Positions 49,228 through 59,790 of a stretch of 64,000 bases of DNA are shown piece after piece. The first letter of the stretch is position 1. The number at the start of each line of letters is the position of its first letter. The notes beneath the pieces are model-generated. The model was given only the letters and a program-made list of their open reading frames with translations. It did not search any database and was not told where the DNA came from. The stretch is from positions 9,075 through 73,074 of the forward strand of contig CAYUFB010000002.1 in the NCBI GenBank assembly GCA_964444125.1. The letters run 5' to 3'. The position numbers and the translations under genes were made by a program. The DNA comes from an uncultured Candidatus Saccharibacteria bacterium (GTDB lineage: Bacteria; Patescibacteriota; Dojkabacteria; B142; JAFGMG01).

Positions 49228-50409
49228 ATGCTAGTCAAACCTCAAACAACAAATCTTGCCAAAATCAAAGTAGTAGGAGTAGGTGGAGGTGGTGGAAATG
49301 CGATAAATAATATGATTGCAAACTATGATATTGATGGAGTTGAATTTATTGCCGTTAATACTGATGCACAGGCTTTGGCAAATTCAAATGCAGAGGTTAA
49401 ACTTAGAATCGGGGAGGAGACAACAAGAGGACTTGGTAGTGGTGGTAACCCTGAGATAGGCAAAAAGGCTGCTGAAGAGAGCATTGATATGTTGCATGAG
49501 CATTTAGCTGGTGCTGATATGATATTTATAACTGCAGGTATGGGTGGCGGGACAGGTACAGGCGCTAGTCCAGTTGTTGCAGGTATTGCCAAAAACCTTG
49601 GTGCACTTACAGTATCAATTGTAACAAAACCCTTTGATTTTGAAGGAAAAAGGAGAATGGATACAGCCTTAAAAGGTATTGCAGATTTGAAAGATAAAGT
49701 AGATACGCTTATCGTTGTTCCAAATCAAAAACTTATTGATACGATGGAAAGAAATTTAACATTTCTGGAAGCGATGAAACAAGCGGATGATGTACTATCA
49801 CATGCTGTCAAAAGTATTTCGCAGCTTATCACTCAAGCTGGACTTATCAATGTGGATTTTGCTGATGTCAGGTCAGTTATGACAAATGCAGGTACCGCTC
49901 TTATGGGGATGGGTACTTCTAAAGGTGAGGATAGAGCACTCCAAGCTGCAAAGTCTGCTACCTCAAGTCCTTTACTTGAAGTTTCAATTGATGGAGCAAC
50001 TGGAGTATTGTTTAATGTGCTTGCTGGCAAAGATCTTGCTTTATATGAAGTTGATGAGGCAGCGAAATATATATCATCAGTTGTATCGCCTACAGCAAAC
50101 GTGATCTTTGGGGCACAAATTGATGAGAGTCTTGAAGATCAACTTCAAATTACAGTTATGGCAACAGGATTTGAGACTCATAATACAGATTCTTCTGGAG
50201 TGATCAATACTTCCAAATCAAGGTCTGGCTCTAGAGATATCTCTGTTGATATGGTAGGAGATGATGATTATAAACAGACAAAACCTAGAGTTCAATCTGG
50301 ATATGTTTTTCCTGAAGAGGAAAGTGCTTTTTCTGCCCGTGAGATCAAAGATGAGGAAGAAGAAGATTTGGATACTCCTTCATTTTTGCGAAGACGAAAG
50401 AAATATTAA
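49228..50409 (+). CDS. ftsZ: Cell division GTPase FtsZ.
   Basis: GVGGGGGNAINNM tubulin signature, GGTGTG, and a C-terminal acidic tail. Confidence 0.95.
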   Translation: MLVKPQTTNLAKIKVVGVGGGGGNAINNMIANYDIDGVEFIAVNTDAQALANSNAEVKLRIGEETTRGLGSGGNPEIGKKAAEESIDMLHEHLAGADMIFITAGMGGGTGTGASPVVAGIAKNLGALTVSIVTKPFDFEGKRRMDTALKGIADLKDKVDTLIVVPNQKLIDTMERNLTFLEAMKQADDVLSHAVKSISQLITQAGLINVDFADVRSVMTNAGTALMGMGTSKGEDRALQAAKSATSSPLLEVSIDGATGVLFNVLAGKDLALYEVDEAAKYISSVVSPTANVIFGAQIDESLEDQLQITVMATGFETHNTDSSGVINTSKSRSGSRDISVDMVGDDDYKQTKPRVQSGYVFPEEESAFSAREIKDEEEEDLDTPSFLRRRKKY

Positions 50410-50427
50410 TTAAGTTCAGGTATAAAT

Positions 50428-51510
50428 ATGAGCACTGCTGAATCAACTCCTGATCCAAGTTTGGCTATTCAAGAAGCGCCGGGATTGGATATTGTAGCGC
50501 CTCCAGAGATACCAGTATCTTCAGTAAATCCTCGAATTGAGACGCATTCAGCAACAACTCAGATTGGATCTCGGACTGCAATAAAATATATTGATAGATC
50601 AGATATGCCAGCTGCAGAAGCAGAAAGAGCCCTAAAGGTAAATTTGGCGCTAACAAAACACGCTGTGATTTCTGATCAAGATATTGCCAATGCACTTGAT
50701 AAAGAAATGGTAAAAAAAGAGTTGATGAGGCTTGACCGCGGTGCGACAATAATTGATCGAATAAAAGAGAGTGTAACAATGCCAGATTTCAAAGATAAGC
50801 TCAAAAAGCTCGCTTGGAATGGTTTGAAATATGGCTATTGGGGATTTTTTGCATATGGAGTACTTACAGGTACAAGCCCTATTGGAGTAGTTAAAGATAT
50901 TGTCAGTATACCTGGTAGAATAGGGGATTTGGTTAATACGGGTGCAGACAACTTAATTAGCTTTCTTGGTTTGGAATCTAAGCCTGCGGGAGGTCCCCAG
51001 AATACATCAGGCGACATACTTCAGTCAAAGATTCCATCTGGAAGACTATTTGATACGCCGGTATTTGATGATGATGGAGAAATGACTAATAAAGGTGGGA
51101 CATTTTTCAATCTGTTTAAGCCACTTTTGGGAAAGGATCTAGCAACTTCATTGACAAAAACAGTAGGTACACCTTTTGTCGGAATATTTGGTTCTCTTGC
51201 ACAAAATACGAAGTATCCTGTTGAAGGGAAGTGGGGACCTTTTTTGGCTTATCCAGCGGTTTATTATGGAGGTAAGAAGCTTGGTCTATGGAATGAATTA
51301 TATACAAGACTTAAAGGAGATAGTACAGGTAACTTAAATCAAATGAAGAGACAAGAAATTGAAGCATTGAAAGAAAAAGCAAGAAATGAACTACTCTCAG
51401 GAAACTGGGAAGGTTATTCAGAGATTAGACTTGCCATTGATAATATAGGTGAAAGATATAAAGGAATTGAAAATCAATTAATTCGCCAACGTAGGGCTTT
51501 AGTGGCATAA
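50428..51510 (+). CDS. Hypothetical protein downstream of ftsZ.
   Basis: 360-aa ORF, 18 nt after the ftsZ stop. Confidence 0.5.
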   Translation: MSTAESTPDPSLAIQEAPGLDIVAPPEIPVSSVNPRIETHSATTQIGSRTAIKYIDRSDMPAAEAERALKVNLALTKHAVISDQDIANALDKEMVKKELMRLDRGATIIDRIKESVTMPDFKDKLKKLAWNGLKYGYWGFFAYGVLTGTSPIGVVKDIVSIPGRIGDLVNTGADNLISFLGLESKPAGGPQNTSGDILQSKIPSGRLFDTPVFDDDGEMTNKGGTFFNLFKPLLGKDLATSLTKTVGTPFVGIFGSLAQNTKYPVEGKWGPFLAYPAVYYGGKKLGLWNELYTRLKGDSTGNLNQMKRQEIEALKEKARNELLSGNWEGYSEIRLAIDNIGERYKGIENQLIRQRRALVA

Positions 51511-51517
51511 CAAATTT

Positions 51518-51982
51518 ATGTTAAATCTAGTTGTATTAGAACAATTAATCAAATTTAGTATCCCTGATAAATCATTGCAGGATAGGTATATCAAGGGGAT
51601 CTCTGCTGCAATTCAGGATCTTTTTTTCAATTTGTTGAGTATCTTTCTAATTGGGTCTGTCAAAGACAGATTAGCGCTAGAGGGGTTTATTGACCTAGTC
51701 AATAAGTTAGAAGAAGATTTTGATCCAACAGATATGGAAAGAACCAGAGATTGGTTAGAAACAAATATAGATCTAGATACGGATGCTTTTATGGATGAAT
51801 ATATAAGTAGGGTAGATAAAATGCAGCTAGACCTTATCAAAATCTTCTCAAAGAATATAACAGAAGAGCAAAAAATAGAATTAATTAATATAATTGATAA
51901 ACAATTAATAGAATTAGAAAAGAACAGAGAAGAAGTTGATACGATGAAAGAAGCCCTAGAGGTTTTAAGATTTAATCAATAG
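51518..51982 (+). CDS. Hypothetical acidic protein.
   Basis: 154-aa ORF, co-directional with ftsZ. Confidence 0.45.
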   Translation: MLNLVVLEQLIKFSIPDKSLQDRYIKGISAAIQDLFFNLLSIFLIGSVKDRLALEGFIDLVNKLEEDFDPTDMERTRDWLETNIDLDTDAFMDEYISRVDKMQLDLIKIFSKNITEEQKIELINIIDKQLIELEKNREEVDTMKEALEVLRFNQ

Positions 51983-52844
51983 GTCTTGCAATAGCTACAA
52001 ATCTTTTTGCATTATTCCCATTTGGGTAACAGGTAAAAAGGGTCAGTGTAGATTTGTTCTTTTGTCCTGTGATGATTGATACATCTTCTGGCTTGACGAT
52101 TTTGGTTTGCACAACTCTGTATTTATGGGTTTGGCCTTCGATTTCTATGCTTACCTCATCTCCAATCTTGATTTCACTTAGTTTCGAGAAGGCGGCCGTG
52201 ATATCTTTGGTCCTAGAATAATAATCTCCTCCAGCACTGTGTCCATATATAACAATATTATTATTAATATCGGAAATAGGAAGGCTCGTACCTTTGAAGT
52301 GGGCTAGAGCACCTTTTAGGGCTTCTTGATATGCGCTTTCAACTCCACTTTCCACATTTGGTTTTACGGGTAGGGAGTTTAATTCCAATGAAGGGATTGA
52401 AATTTTGAAATTGTTTTTGTATTCAAGGCTGACAGGGTCATTTTGCAATACATGTTGAGATAGGGCGTCTTTGGTCAATTCCTTAAAATATTCAGATCCC
52501 GGGTTTGAAAGATATGTCTCTTTGGGTCGTATTGAATCTCCTTTGACAAGTTCCGGTCTACCACTTTCATAATAACCAGAAATCTCTCTTGCTCTCTGTT
52601 TCATTTCAGGAAAGATCTGCCTGGAAAGGATTATGCTGCCTGCAATGATAAACAATGAAGGGATCAAAATCCTTGCAAGCGTTGAAGTTTTTATCAAGTT
52701 ATTGAAATCATTTCGAATACCCACAAGCAGATCCCATAATGTCGTTGGTGGGATTTCTTCTTTTTCGATTTCAATTTCTCTACTATAAATCTCTCCGGGG
52801 TCACGAAATTTCACAGCTCTTTTTTTGTAACTCTTTAGAGGCAT
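51972..52844 (-). CDS. Sortase-family transpeptidase, second copy, with a TM anchor.
   Basis: IVIYGHSAGG (His), TLTLFTCYP (TLxTC Cys) and a downstream Arg. Confidence 0.8.
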   Translation of the reverse strand: MPLKSYKKRAVKFRDPGEIYSREIEIEKEEIPPTTLWDLLVGIRNDFNNLIKTSTLARILIPSLFIIAGSIILSRQIFPEMKQRAREISGYYESGRPELVKGDSIRPKETYLSNPGSEYFKELTKDALSQHVLQNDPVSLEYKNNFKISIPSLELNSLPVKPNVESGVESAYQEALKGALAHFKGTSLPISDINNNIVIYGHSAGGDYYSRTKDITAAFSKLSEIKIGDEVSIEIEGQTHKYRVVQTKIVKPEDVSIITGQKNKSTLTLFTCYPNGNNAKRFVAIARPID

Positions 52845-53034
52845 TAGCGTTTTAAGTAAATAATTTTTAATATTGTACTAGATATTGGTGTGTTACGCCA
52901 AGAAAATAAAGGGGGGTACTTATTGTCAAATTGCTTGTAAGCTCTGGGGGATAGTGTTAGAATCCATTAGATTTTTTCACTGAATGGTTTTTTCAGTGAA
53001 TTTTTTGTTATTTCTACTAAACAATTTTATCATT

Positions 53035-54132
53035 ATGGCTATTAATCCTAAGATTAAGCAAAGCGTACAGTCTCTTGTTGATATGGGACTCAGGCAGGGA
53101 TATCTTACACAAGACGATATTTTAGAAGTTTTTCCCGAAGTTGAAGAAGATATGAAATTATTGGAATACATCGTTATCCAATTGCAAGATTCTGAGGTAG
53201 AAATAATTGAGCCAACTGTTGATGAAGAAATTCCTGTTGCACCAAAGCCAAGTCAATTATCATTTGAACAGAAGATCCAAATTCTTAAAAAAATTCGCTC
53301 TCATGTGAGTACTGATCCAATTAGGGCATATTTACATGAGATAGGTAGAATTCCATTGTTAAATGCAGAAGAGGAAGTGATCTTGGCCAAGAGAATAGAA
53401 AAAGGAGATGAAGAGGCTCGAGAACTTTTAACAACAGCAAATTTGAGACTTGTTGTCTCAATTGCCAAAAAATATGCCAAAAGAGGTTTGGATTTACTTG
53501 ATTTAATTCAGGAGGGTAATATCGGACTGATGAGAGCAGTGGAGAAATTCGAATACAGAAAAGGATTTAAATTCTCAACATATGCAACCTGGTGGATCAG
53601 GCAGGCCATAACCAGAGCTATTGCTGATCAAGCTAGGACAATTCGAGTGCCAGTACATATGATCGAAACAATCAACAAATTAAGTAAGGTCAATTCTGAA
53701 CTTAGTGCCAAACTTGGGCGAAAGCCTAATCATCAAGAACTAGCAGAAGCTTTAGAAATTGATGTAGATAAAGTACATGAGATTATCCGTATTGCGCAAA
53801 GACCGGCTTCACTTGAAGCGCCTATTGGAGAGGAGAAAGATAGCAAGCTTGAGGATATTATCGCCGATGAATATAGCGCGTCTCCATCAGATATTGCGAC
53901 TTGGTCGTTTTTGCGTAATCAAATAAATGAGATACTTACAGGTCTAACTGATAGAGAAAGGAAGGTATTAGAGTTGCGATTTGGGTTGAAAGATGGAGTA
54001 TCTAGGACACTTGAAGAAGTCGGACATGAATTTAAAGTAACAAGAGAACGTATTAGACAAATAGAAGCAAAAGCTTTAAAGAGACTCAAAAGCGATGAAG
54101 TTGCTCAAGCATTGAAAGATTATCTTAAGTAG
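53035..54132 (+). CDS. rpoD: RNA polymerase primary sigma factor. ATG 53035 is the likely start.
   Basis: Region 1.2 [14 protein letters not shown], region 2 [37 protein letters not shown], and region 4 [20 protein letters not shown]. Confidence 0.9.
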   Translation: MAINPKIKQSVQSLVDMGLRQGYLTQDDILEVFPEVEEDMKLLEYIVIQLQDSEVEIIEPTVDEEIPVAPKPSQLSFEQKIQILKKIRSHVSTDPIRAYLHEIGRIPLLNAEEEVILAKRIEKGDEEARELLTTANLRLVVSIAKKYAKRGLDLLDLIQEGNIGLMRAVEKFEYRKGFKFSTYATWWIRQAITRAIADQARTIRVPVHMIETINKLSKVNSELSAKLGRKPNHQELAEALEIDVDKVHEIIRIAQRPASLEAPIGEEKDSKLEDIIADEYSASPSDIATWSFLRNQINEILTGLTDRERKVLELRFGLKDGVSRTLEEVGHEFKVTRERIRQIEAKALKRLKSDEVAQALKDYLK

Positions 54133-54136
54133 TTTT

Positions 54137-55213
54137 TTATACGTATTTTGCTTGATAAACTTTGAGTACTGTTATAAATAGTACCACAATCAACGGTCCG
54201 TATAATAATCCCATCACTCCAAAGACTTTCAATCCGCCAAGAATAGAAAACGCAAGAAGCAATGGATTGATGCTGGATTTGGCATTAGCAAGTTGCGTTC
54301 TAAGCAATGAATCAATTCCATTCGTCATTGCAAGTCCAATTCCAAATAAAACTAGTGCTTTGATCACTTCTCCAGAAATCAAAAGGTAAATACTTGCTGG
54401 AATCCATACAATACCTGAGCCAATTGGGATTATAGAGAACAAAGCAATCATCATGCCCCAAAATACCGGAGCCTCTAGACCAAGAATCCAGAAAGCAAAT
54501 CCACCGATGATTCCTAACCCAAATGCAACAACAAAAGTCCCCTTAATTATTGCATTGGAGGTCTCAACGAAATTTTTGATAAATAGTTTATCAACATTGT
54601 CATCGAGCGGACTTAGATCCACAATTGCTTTGTACAATCTTGGGCGAAGTGAAAACAAAGAGAAAATCGATATAAGTAGAAGAGAGGCTTGTGTCACAAG
54701 GGATAAAGTCTTTGAGACACTTCCTTTTAGCCCGTTAACAATAGTATTTAGAAAACTTTCCGAAAATTTGATCGCAAATTGTTGTACTTCTTCGTTAGTT
54801 ATTTGGTTTTCGGGATTTGAACTTACTTTGGAGATTAATTCATTTACCTTTTCAAGTCCAACGCTGTATTCTCCAATCAAATCGTGTTCTTGCCAAAATC
54901 CTTCTACTTTGCCAACAAGATTATTTGCCTGAAATACTACGATTATAGAAATAACAATTATGGGGATCACAACGGTCAAAATAATACTCAGACCCGCTAT
55001 CAATGATGCAAGCTTTTGGCTTTTTAGTTTTCTGACCAAGAATTCGTACCAAGGACTAAATATCTCGACTAGTATCAATGAAAAAAATATCACTCCAAGA
55101 TAGGGGGATATGACATATGCAAATCCTACAAAGAGGATAGCTAAGACCATTAGAAAGAAAAACTCGGTTAAATTCTTTTTGTTAAACATTTTGTATAAAT
55201 TAATTATAGTCAA
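54137..55213 (-). CDS. AI-2E family (PerM/UPF0118) transporter.
   Basis: 358 aa with about 8 TM helices and the AI-2E topology. Confidence 0.7.
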   Translation of the reverse strand: MTIINLYKMFNKKNLTEFFFLMVLAILFVGFAYVISPYLGVIFFSLILVEIFSPWYEFLVRKLKSQKLASLIAGLSIILTVVIPIIVISIIVVFQANNLVGKVEGFWQEHDLIGEYSVGLEKVNELISKVSSNPENQITNEEVQQFAIKFSESFLNTIVNGLKGSVSKTLSLVTQASLLLISIFSLFSLRPRLYKAIVDLSPLDDNVDKLFIKNFVETSNAIIKGTFVVAFGLGIIGGFAFWILGLEAPVFWGMMIALFSIIPIGSGIVWIPASIYLLISGEVIKALVLFGIGLAMTNGIDSLLRTQLANAKSSINPLLLAFSILGGLKVFGVMGLLYGPLIVVLFITVLKVYQAKYV

Positions 55214-55286
55214 AGTCTACATTTTTATTATCAAATCCGCAAGTTTGTTCGAAGAAATTTGTGCTTGAAAAACTAAATACTGGTTA

Positions 55287-55670
55287 TTGAATCAAAGCTA
55301 TGTTAGCATGAGAAAAGGAAAACTTATGAACATGATTTTGGATTTTTTTAAAAAATATATTTTTGGATTTTTTGCGTGGTGGTATTTAGTCAAAGGCCGT
55401 GAGGTGGTTGATTATTTTTCTCGAACGATTCTGAAATATTTCGTTAGATTGAATATTGGGCCAATGCTTGGGAACCTCTTTGCTCCAATGTTCCAAGACA
55501 AATCACTTACGGGTAGGTTTATTGCATTTCCAATAAGATTGATTTGGGGTCTTGGGGGATTGATTATTGAATTAATAATAATCGCTATTGGTTTAGTCTT
55601 TCTGCATATATATTTCCTTTTGCCAATAGCAGTCATTTATCAGATAGTTACATTTGTAGTGCTTAAATGA
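55287..55670 (+). CDS. Small polytopic membrane protein, first gene of the operon. The start may be ATG 55326.
   Basis: Hydrophobic helices; its stop overlaps the Clp-like start by 4 nt (ATGA). Confidence 0.5.
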   Translation: MNQSYVSMRKGKLMNMILDFFKKYIFGFFAWWYLVKGREVVDYFSRTILKYFVRLNIGPMLGNLFAPMFQDKSLTGRFIAFPIRLIWGLGGLIIELIIIAIGLVFLHIYFLLPIAVIYQIVTFVVLK

Positions 55671-58243
55671 AGATAGTTAACAAAAAATTAAAAATTGGTA
55701 AATACAAGGAAATGGAGGTTTTTGTTGATTGGGCATACCTTCAAAAGGGTAGAGGACTTAGAAAAAAAGAAGATCTACTGCAACTTGCTTTTGGGCGGTT
55801 CTTGTTTGTTATTGCTGTTATAGCAATGACAATTATAACTATTGCCCAAATATCACTTGGTAATTTCATTGTTTTTGAGGCAATCAAAAACGACTCACAA
55901 ATTAGTTTGGTCTTTTGGCTTGTTTTAGCTTTGTTTCTTTATGCTTCGTATCTACTTCGTGATAGGTCCAAGTTTTTTGATACTCTGGATCTGAAGGCAT
56001 TGACTAAATTGGCAAAAGATATTGAAGATAATAATAGCCCAAAAGAAGTTGAAATTCTGGATTTCGTCGATTATGACGTATTAAATACCTTAGATAAATT
56101 GCTTGAGAATAATCAGGAAAATATTTATGAGAATTTAATGATTGATTTACTTGAATTACAAGATGTTGGTCAGTTAATCAACAGGCTTGGGATTCAAAAA
56201 GAAATATTGCTGAACGAAATTGGGCAATTAGATATGACAATAGAAGGTGATAAGGTTTATCAAATTAATAAACTGCTATATCAATCATTTGTCATGGGGC
56301 TTGATTATAAATTTAGTTTTATTGGTGAATGGATAATTTTCTTGAAATTAGCTCTCGATGAATATAACCAGGTTTTTATGAAATTAGGAATTACAAAAGG
56401 AACTTTATTATCTGTTCTGGAGTGGACAAAGGCGCAGGCAATGGGTAATAGATATAGGAAATTATGGAAATATAAAGCATCTCTAAAACCAAGAAGCACT
56501 GTCAATCGAAGCTATACATCAGCACACACACCTACTTTAAATAAATATTCTAGAGATTTGACCAGGGAAGTAATTGATGGAGAATTTAGTTATGCGTTAA
56601 GTAGAGAGACTGAAATTGCTGATGTGATTAGGTATTTGAAGCCAGAAAAAGGTGCTGTATTGTTACTTGGTGAAGCTGGTGTAGGAAAGACCACAATCCT
56701 AAAAAGTATCGCAGTGAAGATGGTGGTAGAGGATGTCCCTTCAAACCTGAAAGATAAGAGACTTGTGGAATTTGATTTTCACCGTGCCGTGACGCAAGCA
56801 CTAGATACCTCAAAGCTTAGAGCTTTAATTGAAGATATTATAGTTGAGGTTGGCAAATCCAAAAATGTTGTATTGGTTATTGACGACTTGGATGAATTGA
56901 TTGGATTGAAAGATGATATTTCAGATGAAATTGTCTCAACTTTGCATAAAGCGTTGTCTAATAATTCAATTAGTCTTGTTGCTACTTCATCAAATGAGGG
57001 GTATATAAAATCTATCAAGCCAAATACGCAGCTAGCAAATATTTTTGATGTTGTGCGTATTGATGAGCCATCACCAGAAATTGCTCTACAGATAATATTT
57101 GACGAGAGATCTAAGCTTGAGGATATGTACAATATCAAAATTCAATTTGATGCCTTGAAATCTGCTATTGAGCTTACTGATAGATATGACAAAACAAGGG
57201 TCTTCCCATTTAAGGCAATTGACACATTAGAAGATGCTTGTGTCTTGGCTCTTGAAGAGGGACTAGGTTTTGTTTCAGCTTCTCAAGTTGAGGCTGTGGT
57301 TAGCAAAGATGCAGGCATCAAGGTCGGGAGACTTGATGAGACTGAGGGGCAGAAACTACTGCAACTTGAAGATAGGATGAAACGCAGAGTGATCGGGCAG
57401 GATAACGCTATAAAAGCAGTAGTTTCTGCCCTGAAAAGAGCTAGGGCAGGTCTAGTATCAAAAAATAAACCTCTTTCGTCATTCCTGTTTTTTGGCCCAA
57501 CCGGTGTGGGCAAAACTGAAGTGGCGAGAACTTTGGCTGCTGTTTATTTTGGTGATGAGAAATTGATTACTAGAATTGATATGTCTGAATTTCAAGAAGA
57601 GAAAAATGTCTCAAGGTTGATTGGTTCGTCTGATGAAGATGGTTTTGTGGGAGGGCAATTGACTGAAAAGGTGAGAGAGCATCCGTTTTCTCTAATTCTC
57701 CTGGATGAGATTGAGAAAGCAAACCCCAAAGTCTTAGATTTATTCTTGCAGGTTTTAGATGAAGGTCATATCAAGGATGGTCTAGGAAGGGTCGTGGATT
57801 TCAAAAATACTATTATTATTGCGACGTCAAATATTGGATCTAAATCTATTGCTGATAGTTTCTCAAAAGAAATTTCATATGAAAAAACTGAAAGAATGGC
57901 GAAGGAAGAATTGAAAAAGTATTTAAGGATTGAATTTATTAACAGATTTGATAAAGTGATAATGTTTAAACCATTATCCAAAATTGAGATAGAAAAAATT
58001 GCTGGATTGATGATGAACCAGGTCGTAGATAGATTGAAAGAGCAAGGGATAGGTTTGAAATTTGAAGCTCAATTATTAAGCCAGCTTGCACAAAAAGGTT
58101 ATAGTCTAATGTATGGAGCAAGAGAAATGCGAAGGGTTATTCAAGATGAGGTCGAGACGAGAATTGCTGATATGATAGTGGCAGGCAAGCTTAAATCAGG
58201 GGATACTTTAACTATTAAGTCCTTGGAGGAATTTGAAGTATGA
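55667..58243 (+). CDS. Membrane-anchored ClpC/ClpB-like double AAA+ ATPase: two N-terminal TM helices, Clp_N-like repeats, then D1 and D2.
   Basis: D1 LLLGEAGVGKTTI with VVLVIDDLDE. D2 FLFFGPTGVGKTE, IDMSEF, ILLDEIEKANPKV, sensor GAREMRRVIQ, and PTLNKYSRDLT. Hydrophobic helices lie at about residues 45-95. Confidence 0.8.
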   Translation: MKIVNKKLKIGKYKEMEVFVDWAYLQKGRGLRKKEDLLQLAFGRFLFVIAVIAMTIITIAQISLGNFIVFEAIKNDSQISLVFWLVLALFLYASYLLRDRSKFFDTLDLKALTKLAKDIEDNNSPKEVEILDFVDYDVLNTLDKLLENNQENIYENLMIDLLELQDVGQLINRLGIQKEILLNEIGQLDMTIEGDKVYQINKLLYQSFVMGLDYKFSFIGEWIIFLKLALDEYNQVFMKLGITKGTLLSVLEWTKAQAMGNRYRKLWKYKASLKPRSTVNRSYTSAHTPTLNKYSRDLTREVIDGEFSYALSRETEIADVIRYLKPEKGAVLLLGEAGVGKTTILKSIAVKMVVEDVPSNLKDKRLVEFDFHRAVTQALDTSKLRALIEDIIVEVGKSKNVVLVIDDLDELIGLKDDISDEIVSTLHKALSNNSISLVATSSNEGYIKSIKPNTQLANIFDVVRIDEPSPEIALQIIFDERSKLEDMYNIKIQFDALKSAIELTDRYDKTRVFPFKAIDTLEDACVLALEEGLGFVSASQVEAVVSKDAGIKVGRLDETEGQKLLQLEDRMKRRVIGQDNAIKAVVSALKRARAGLVSKNKPLSSFLFFGPTGVGKTEVARTLAAVYFGDEKLITRIDMSEFQEEKNVSRLIGSSDEDGFVGGQLTEKVREHPFSLILLDEIEKANPKVLDLFLQVLDEGHIKDGLGRVVDFKNTIIIATSNIGSKSIADSFSKEISYEKTERMAKEELKKYLRIEFINRFDKVIMFKPLSKIEIEKIAGLMMNQVVDRLKEQGIGLKFEAQLLSQLAQKGYSLMYGAREMRRVIQDEVETRIADMIVAGKLKSGDTLTIKSLEEFEV

Positions 58244-59358
58244 GAAAGGTTTTTATTTTTGTTGCATTGCTTTTACTCATATCCTTCACTGGATTAATAA
58301 AGATTAAGGCTCAAAACAGCATATTTAACAGGAATTCTACACATGCTTCTTATGCGACATATGTTTTTGATTGTGCGGGAAGCGAGATTGAATTAGCGGT
58401 GCCAAATGTTGTGCCTTCTTCTTATGATAGTTTTGAATATTATGTTGAAAGGAGTGCAGGAGATGAAATAGTTGTCTTAATATATAAGCAATTAAATAGT
58501 TCTCCTCAGTTGGATGCGATAAGATCTTTTTCGACTTCTGGTACCGGAACTATTCCGTTAGACATATTGGATTACCAAACCGGTAGTATTCAATATAGAG
58601 TTGGTATGGCTATGAATGAGGTCTGTACTCTTCAAGGTAGCACGGATACAACCGTTTCTATTACTATTACAGACAATATAAAAACCACTTCGGACTGTCC
58701 TAATGGTGAATTTCTCCAGATTTCTAATGGAAGAGTTGAAAATAGTAGGGTAATTGTTGATATAAATGCTTGTGTTGATAGTTCGTCAAGGTATTCATTT
58801 ATAGATTTAACAGATAATCCTACCTCAATCATGGATGAAATAGGCACTGGAGAAATTGCAAGAGAATTGACAATAAGGAAATACGATAGTCCTATACGAG
58901 TAATTGTTGAAGGATATATAAATGGTTCTATGATTAAAAGATATGCAATTGACTTAAACGTTACAACAGAAATAATTGAATCGGTCTCGGAAGACTCATT
59001 TAAAGGATGTGGAGAGATGGGGGAGGATGAGAAGGCAGCGTGTATAAGATGTGTAGGTACTAAATCAAATCCAACAGGGGCGATATGGACGGAGCTTGGA
59101 TGTATTGACCCATCTCCAGCAGGGATCATAACGAGGATATTCCAGATAGGTATAGGAATTATGGGAGGAGTGATAATAATAAGGTTGATACAGATATCAT
59201 TATTGTATTTAAAAGATGATGCACAGAGTTTGGAAGAAGCGAGAGATATGTTGACAAGTTTGGTAATGGGATTGATATTGTTGGTAGGAGGGGTAGTGTT
59301 GTTACAATTTGTAGGAGTCAATATCTTGGGCCTACCTGAAGGATATCTTGGAGGTTAA
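58240..59358 (+). CDS. Array member A (372 aa): signal peptide, ectodomain, conserved Cys-containing juxtamembrane segment, and a C-terminal two-helix hairpin.
   Basis: The start overlaps the Clp-like stop (ATGA). C-terminus is IFQIGIGIMGGVIIIRLIQISLLYL-KDDAQSLEEARDMLTS-LVMGLILLVGGVVLLQFVGV. Confidence 0.6.
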   Translation: MRKVFIFVALLLLISFTGLIKIKAQNSIFNRNSTHASYATYVFDCAGSEIELAVPNVVPSSYDSFEYYVERSAGDEIVVLIYKQLNSSPQLDAIRSFSTSGTGTIPLDILDYQTGSIQYRVGMAMNEVCTLQGSTDTTVSITITDNIKTTSDCPNGEFLQISNGRVENSRVIVDINACVDSSSRYSFIDLTDNPTSIMDEIGTGEIARELTIRKYDSPIRVIVEGYINGSMIKRYAIDLNVTTEIIESVSEDSFKGCGEMGEDEKAACIRCVGTKSNPTGAIWTELGCIDPSPAGIITRIFQIGIGIMGGVIIIRLIQISLLYLKDDAQSLEEARDMLTSLVMGLILLVGGVVLLQFVGVNILGLPEGYLGG

Positions 59359-59421
59359 TGCTATTAGCTTGACCCCGAGTACTTGTAACTGTAGACTGAT
59401 AATTAAATATTAAATTGATCA

Positions 59422-59790
59422 ATGATGTCATTTCAAAGATTGGTTGTTTTCATGCTAATTTCATTAAGTTATCTAGCTCCTATGGCTGTTATGGCAGAGA
59501 CATTGGACACTTCAATAGGTACTATCCAAAGTCCATTGGGAGATACTGATATGTTTGGGCTCATTGAGAGACTTGTAGGATATGTTAGGCCAATTATTGC
59601 AATCACATTCCTTTTTGTAATTATTTATGGAGGTTATACCAGGATGACCGCAGCAGGGGATCCGGAAAAAGAGAAGAAGAGCAATTCAATTCTTACAGCA
59701 GGGGTAATTGGTTTTGCTATTATTGTCCTCGCTCCTGCGGTAGTTAGATTAGTTAGCTCACTTATAGGAATACAAGGAGATGTTGTCTAA
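59422..59790 (+). CDS. Array member B: a bare 122-aa VirB2/TrbC-like pilin-type subunit (signal peptide plus two-helix hairpin).
   Basis: Signal peptide ...APMAVMA; TM1 IIAITFLFVIIYGGY, loop TRMTAAGDPEKEKKSN, TM2 AGVIGFAIIVLAPAVV. Confidence 0.6.
   Translation: MMSFQRLVVFMLISLSYLAPMAVMAETLDTSIGTIQSPLGDTDMFGLIERLVGYVRPIIAITFLFVIIYGGYTRMTAAGDPEKEKKSNSILTAGVIGFAIIVLAPAVVRLVSSLIGIQGDVV

Noticed and set aside
59330-59358. C-terminal LGLPEGYLGG of hairpin proteins, considered as a sortase LPXTG sorting signal.
   Set aside because: It follows rather than precedes the final hydrophobic helix. It lacks Thr at position 4 and has no basic tail. The order is wrong for a cell-wall sorting signal.
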